Assembly (NCBI GenBank): GCA_004764695.1
Contig: SMSO01000006.1
Span: 15,859-79,858 of the forward strand
Direction: 5' to 3'
Length of the DNA stretch: 64,000 nt
From: Schizochytrium sp. TIO01
Taxonomy: Eukaryota > Protista > Bigyra: Labyrinthulomycetes
The notes under the pieces are model-generated. The model had not been told where the DNA came from and ran no database searches. It saw only the letters and a program-made list of their open reading frames with translations. Below are positions 62,282 to 64,000 of this stretch, in pieces. The translations under genes and the position numbers were made by a program. Position 1 is the stretch's first letter. Every line of letters starts with the position of its first letter.

Positions 62282-64000
62282 ATGGGAAGCGACATCAATG
62301 AAAGGAACAATATAAAGTCCTTGGAACGGTCGTGCGTTAAGCTTGTGGCTAATTACCTCGTAAAGCACCGTCACTTTGAAGCGCTACGTGAGCTAGAGCG
62401 GGATGAAAAGGGGGATCTCGTGTTTTTCTCTGAACCAGACGGAGGTGGAGAAGAAGTAAACTTCATTCGAGAACTTATTCTTGAGGGCCGTTTTGCAGAT
62501 GTTGAGAAAAGTTTATCAGTTTTCGATAAAGCTTCTGATTCTCTTTTTGACGTTGCTCACGCGCTTTACTGTGTACGCAAGCAACATCTTCTCGAGCTCA
62601 TATGCCGGGAAGTGCCTCCTAGCGCAAAAGTTTTGCGTAGAGCATTTTGCTCAATGCGCGAGCTCAGAGTGGGATCTATCCAGGAAATGAATCAGCTTTC
62701 TATTCACATGACAAATATGTCTACTCCCAAAGCATGGAACTTAATGCAAGGTCGTTACGAATGTGTTAACGAATTGCTGCATGAATGTGGGCTTGTAAAT
62801 TTTGCGAAAATGCCTGAGATGTGTTTGCTGTTGCGAGCTAATGGTCCTCAGGTCTCCCAACTCGCTCGCCTTGTTCAGCTTGATCTTCGCATGGGCGCTA
62901 TTCCCGCGCAAGAAGAGGAGGGAGTTTACGAGGATTTTTTCTCAAAATCGTTTGGGTATGATGATAACGGCGATCAAACCTTTGCAAAAGACCAATTTCT
63001 ACAGCAGGATCACGAGACTGAGATATCTGCTACTTTGAGAAATGGGAATGATTTAAATAGACGACAACCAATACCTCGTTCCGCAAAATCACAAACACTG
63101 GAAGTAAACAACTACGCGAGTAATGTTTGTCTATTACCTGCTGATGTTCATACAAATGCAAAGGGTATCGCCTTCGACATTGTGTTAGATGACGTCGTTG
63201 CACAACGCCTCGCATCAGATGCTCCACTATCCATGCAACGAGCTGCTCAGGTCTCACCATTAGCCACGACATATGCTAAGCGAAACTCTTATCGCCAAGA
63301 AGAGAAACCCTCTGCCTCTCAAGACATAAAAGCTGACGCTGTTCACTCAAAAGACTTAAAAGGAGGCAAGCTGAAGCTTACCAAGGTCATCAGCAAACCT
63401 TGTCCAAAAAAAACGAGAATGGTTTTGCTGATCAATTCGTCGGAAGACAAAGAGCAGGTAATAAAGAGCATCATAATCATAACACCGATGTGGAGTCAAT
63501 TTCAGGAATTTATACTTCACCAAAAACCTCTGTCTATTCTTCGAACGAACCTCCAGAAACAGCGGAGAAAATAGAGGAACCTCTACAGAAATGCCCAGGA
63601 AAAGATGATGAAGCACTTTCGTCTCAAATTGAGCGACTCTCTGCAGAGCTGGAACATATGAGGGCCCAATTATCTAGTGATAAGAAAAGAGATCTCAGTG
63701 ACAGGGACGACAACGACGAGAATGACAGAACTAGTGTTTTGCGCAACAATGCTGAGGATACTTGTGATTTATTCGACCAGCGTAAGTTTCAGGAAGGAGA
63801 CGAATTTCTAGCGCCTGAAGCGAGTCCCCAACAACATTCTCTCGGTGCGTTGCTACCGACTGTACTGACAGGTAATGCAAGTAAGTCTATGCGTGCACCA
63901 CTGTCCGACTTAAATTCATCTTCAAAAATGCAAGATGCGGCTGAGCGATCAGGTAAGACTGGCGTACAAAGGGGCAGTATTAAAGATAAGGTGGCTGTGA
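62282..64000 (+). CDS. LisH-CTLH protein resembling the WDR47 N-terminus; runs off the window
   Basis: VKLVANYLVKHRHFEALRELERD (LisH) and FIRELILEGRFADV...VRKQHLLELI (CTLH). After the A8 run at 63406-63413 the -1 frame stays open to 64000. Confidence 0.75.

Overview
Eukaryotic (protist) genomic DNA. The 18S sequence reads like a thraustochytrid (Aurantiochytrium/Schizochytrium-like stramenopile); this is recognition from memory, not a search result. The window holds one isolated 18S-5.8S-28S rDNA unit (- strand), three dispersed 5S genes and two tRNAs. It also holds a Ty3/gypsy LTR retrotransposon with identical-looking LTRs, interrupted by a 361-bp TRIM, plus several solo LTRs and a WDR47-like LisH/CTLH gene at the right end. 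The main finding is hidden from the ORF track. The ~425-bp tandem array at 23.8-28.1 kb is a stack of 84-nt, phase-2/phase-2 exons, each encoding exactly one 28-aa RI-type leucine-rich repeat. The introns are almost identical, while the exons vary mainly at the predicted ligand-contact residues. The stack splices in frame onto a helical region, a non-RD Ser/Thr kinase (HCD/DFD) and RING1 + RING2(Rcat)-type zinc fingers, giving a predicted 1286-aa cytosolic protein. Two further paralogs (one with 4 LRR exons and a decayed RING, one partial) and a divergently transcribed 12-LRR-exon pseudogene lie in the same window. This looks like a diversifying LRR-kinase-ubiquitin-ligase receptor family, a candidate innate-immune system. 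The function is inference.
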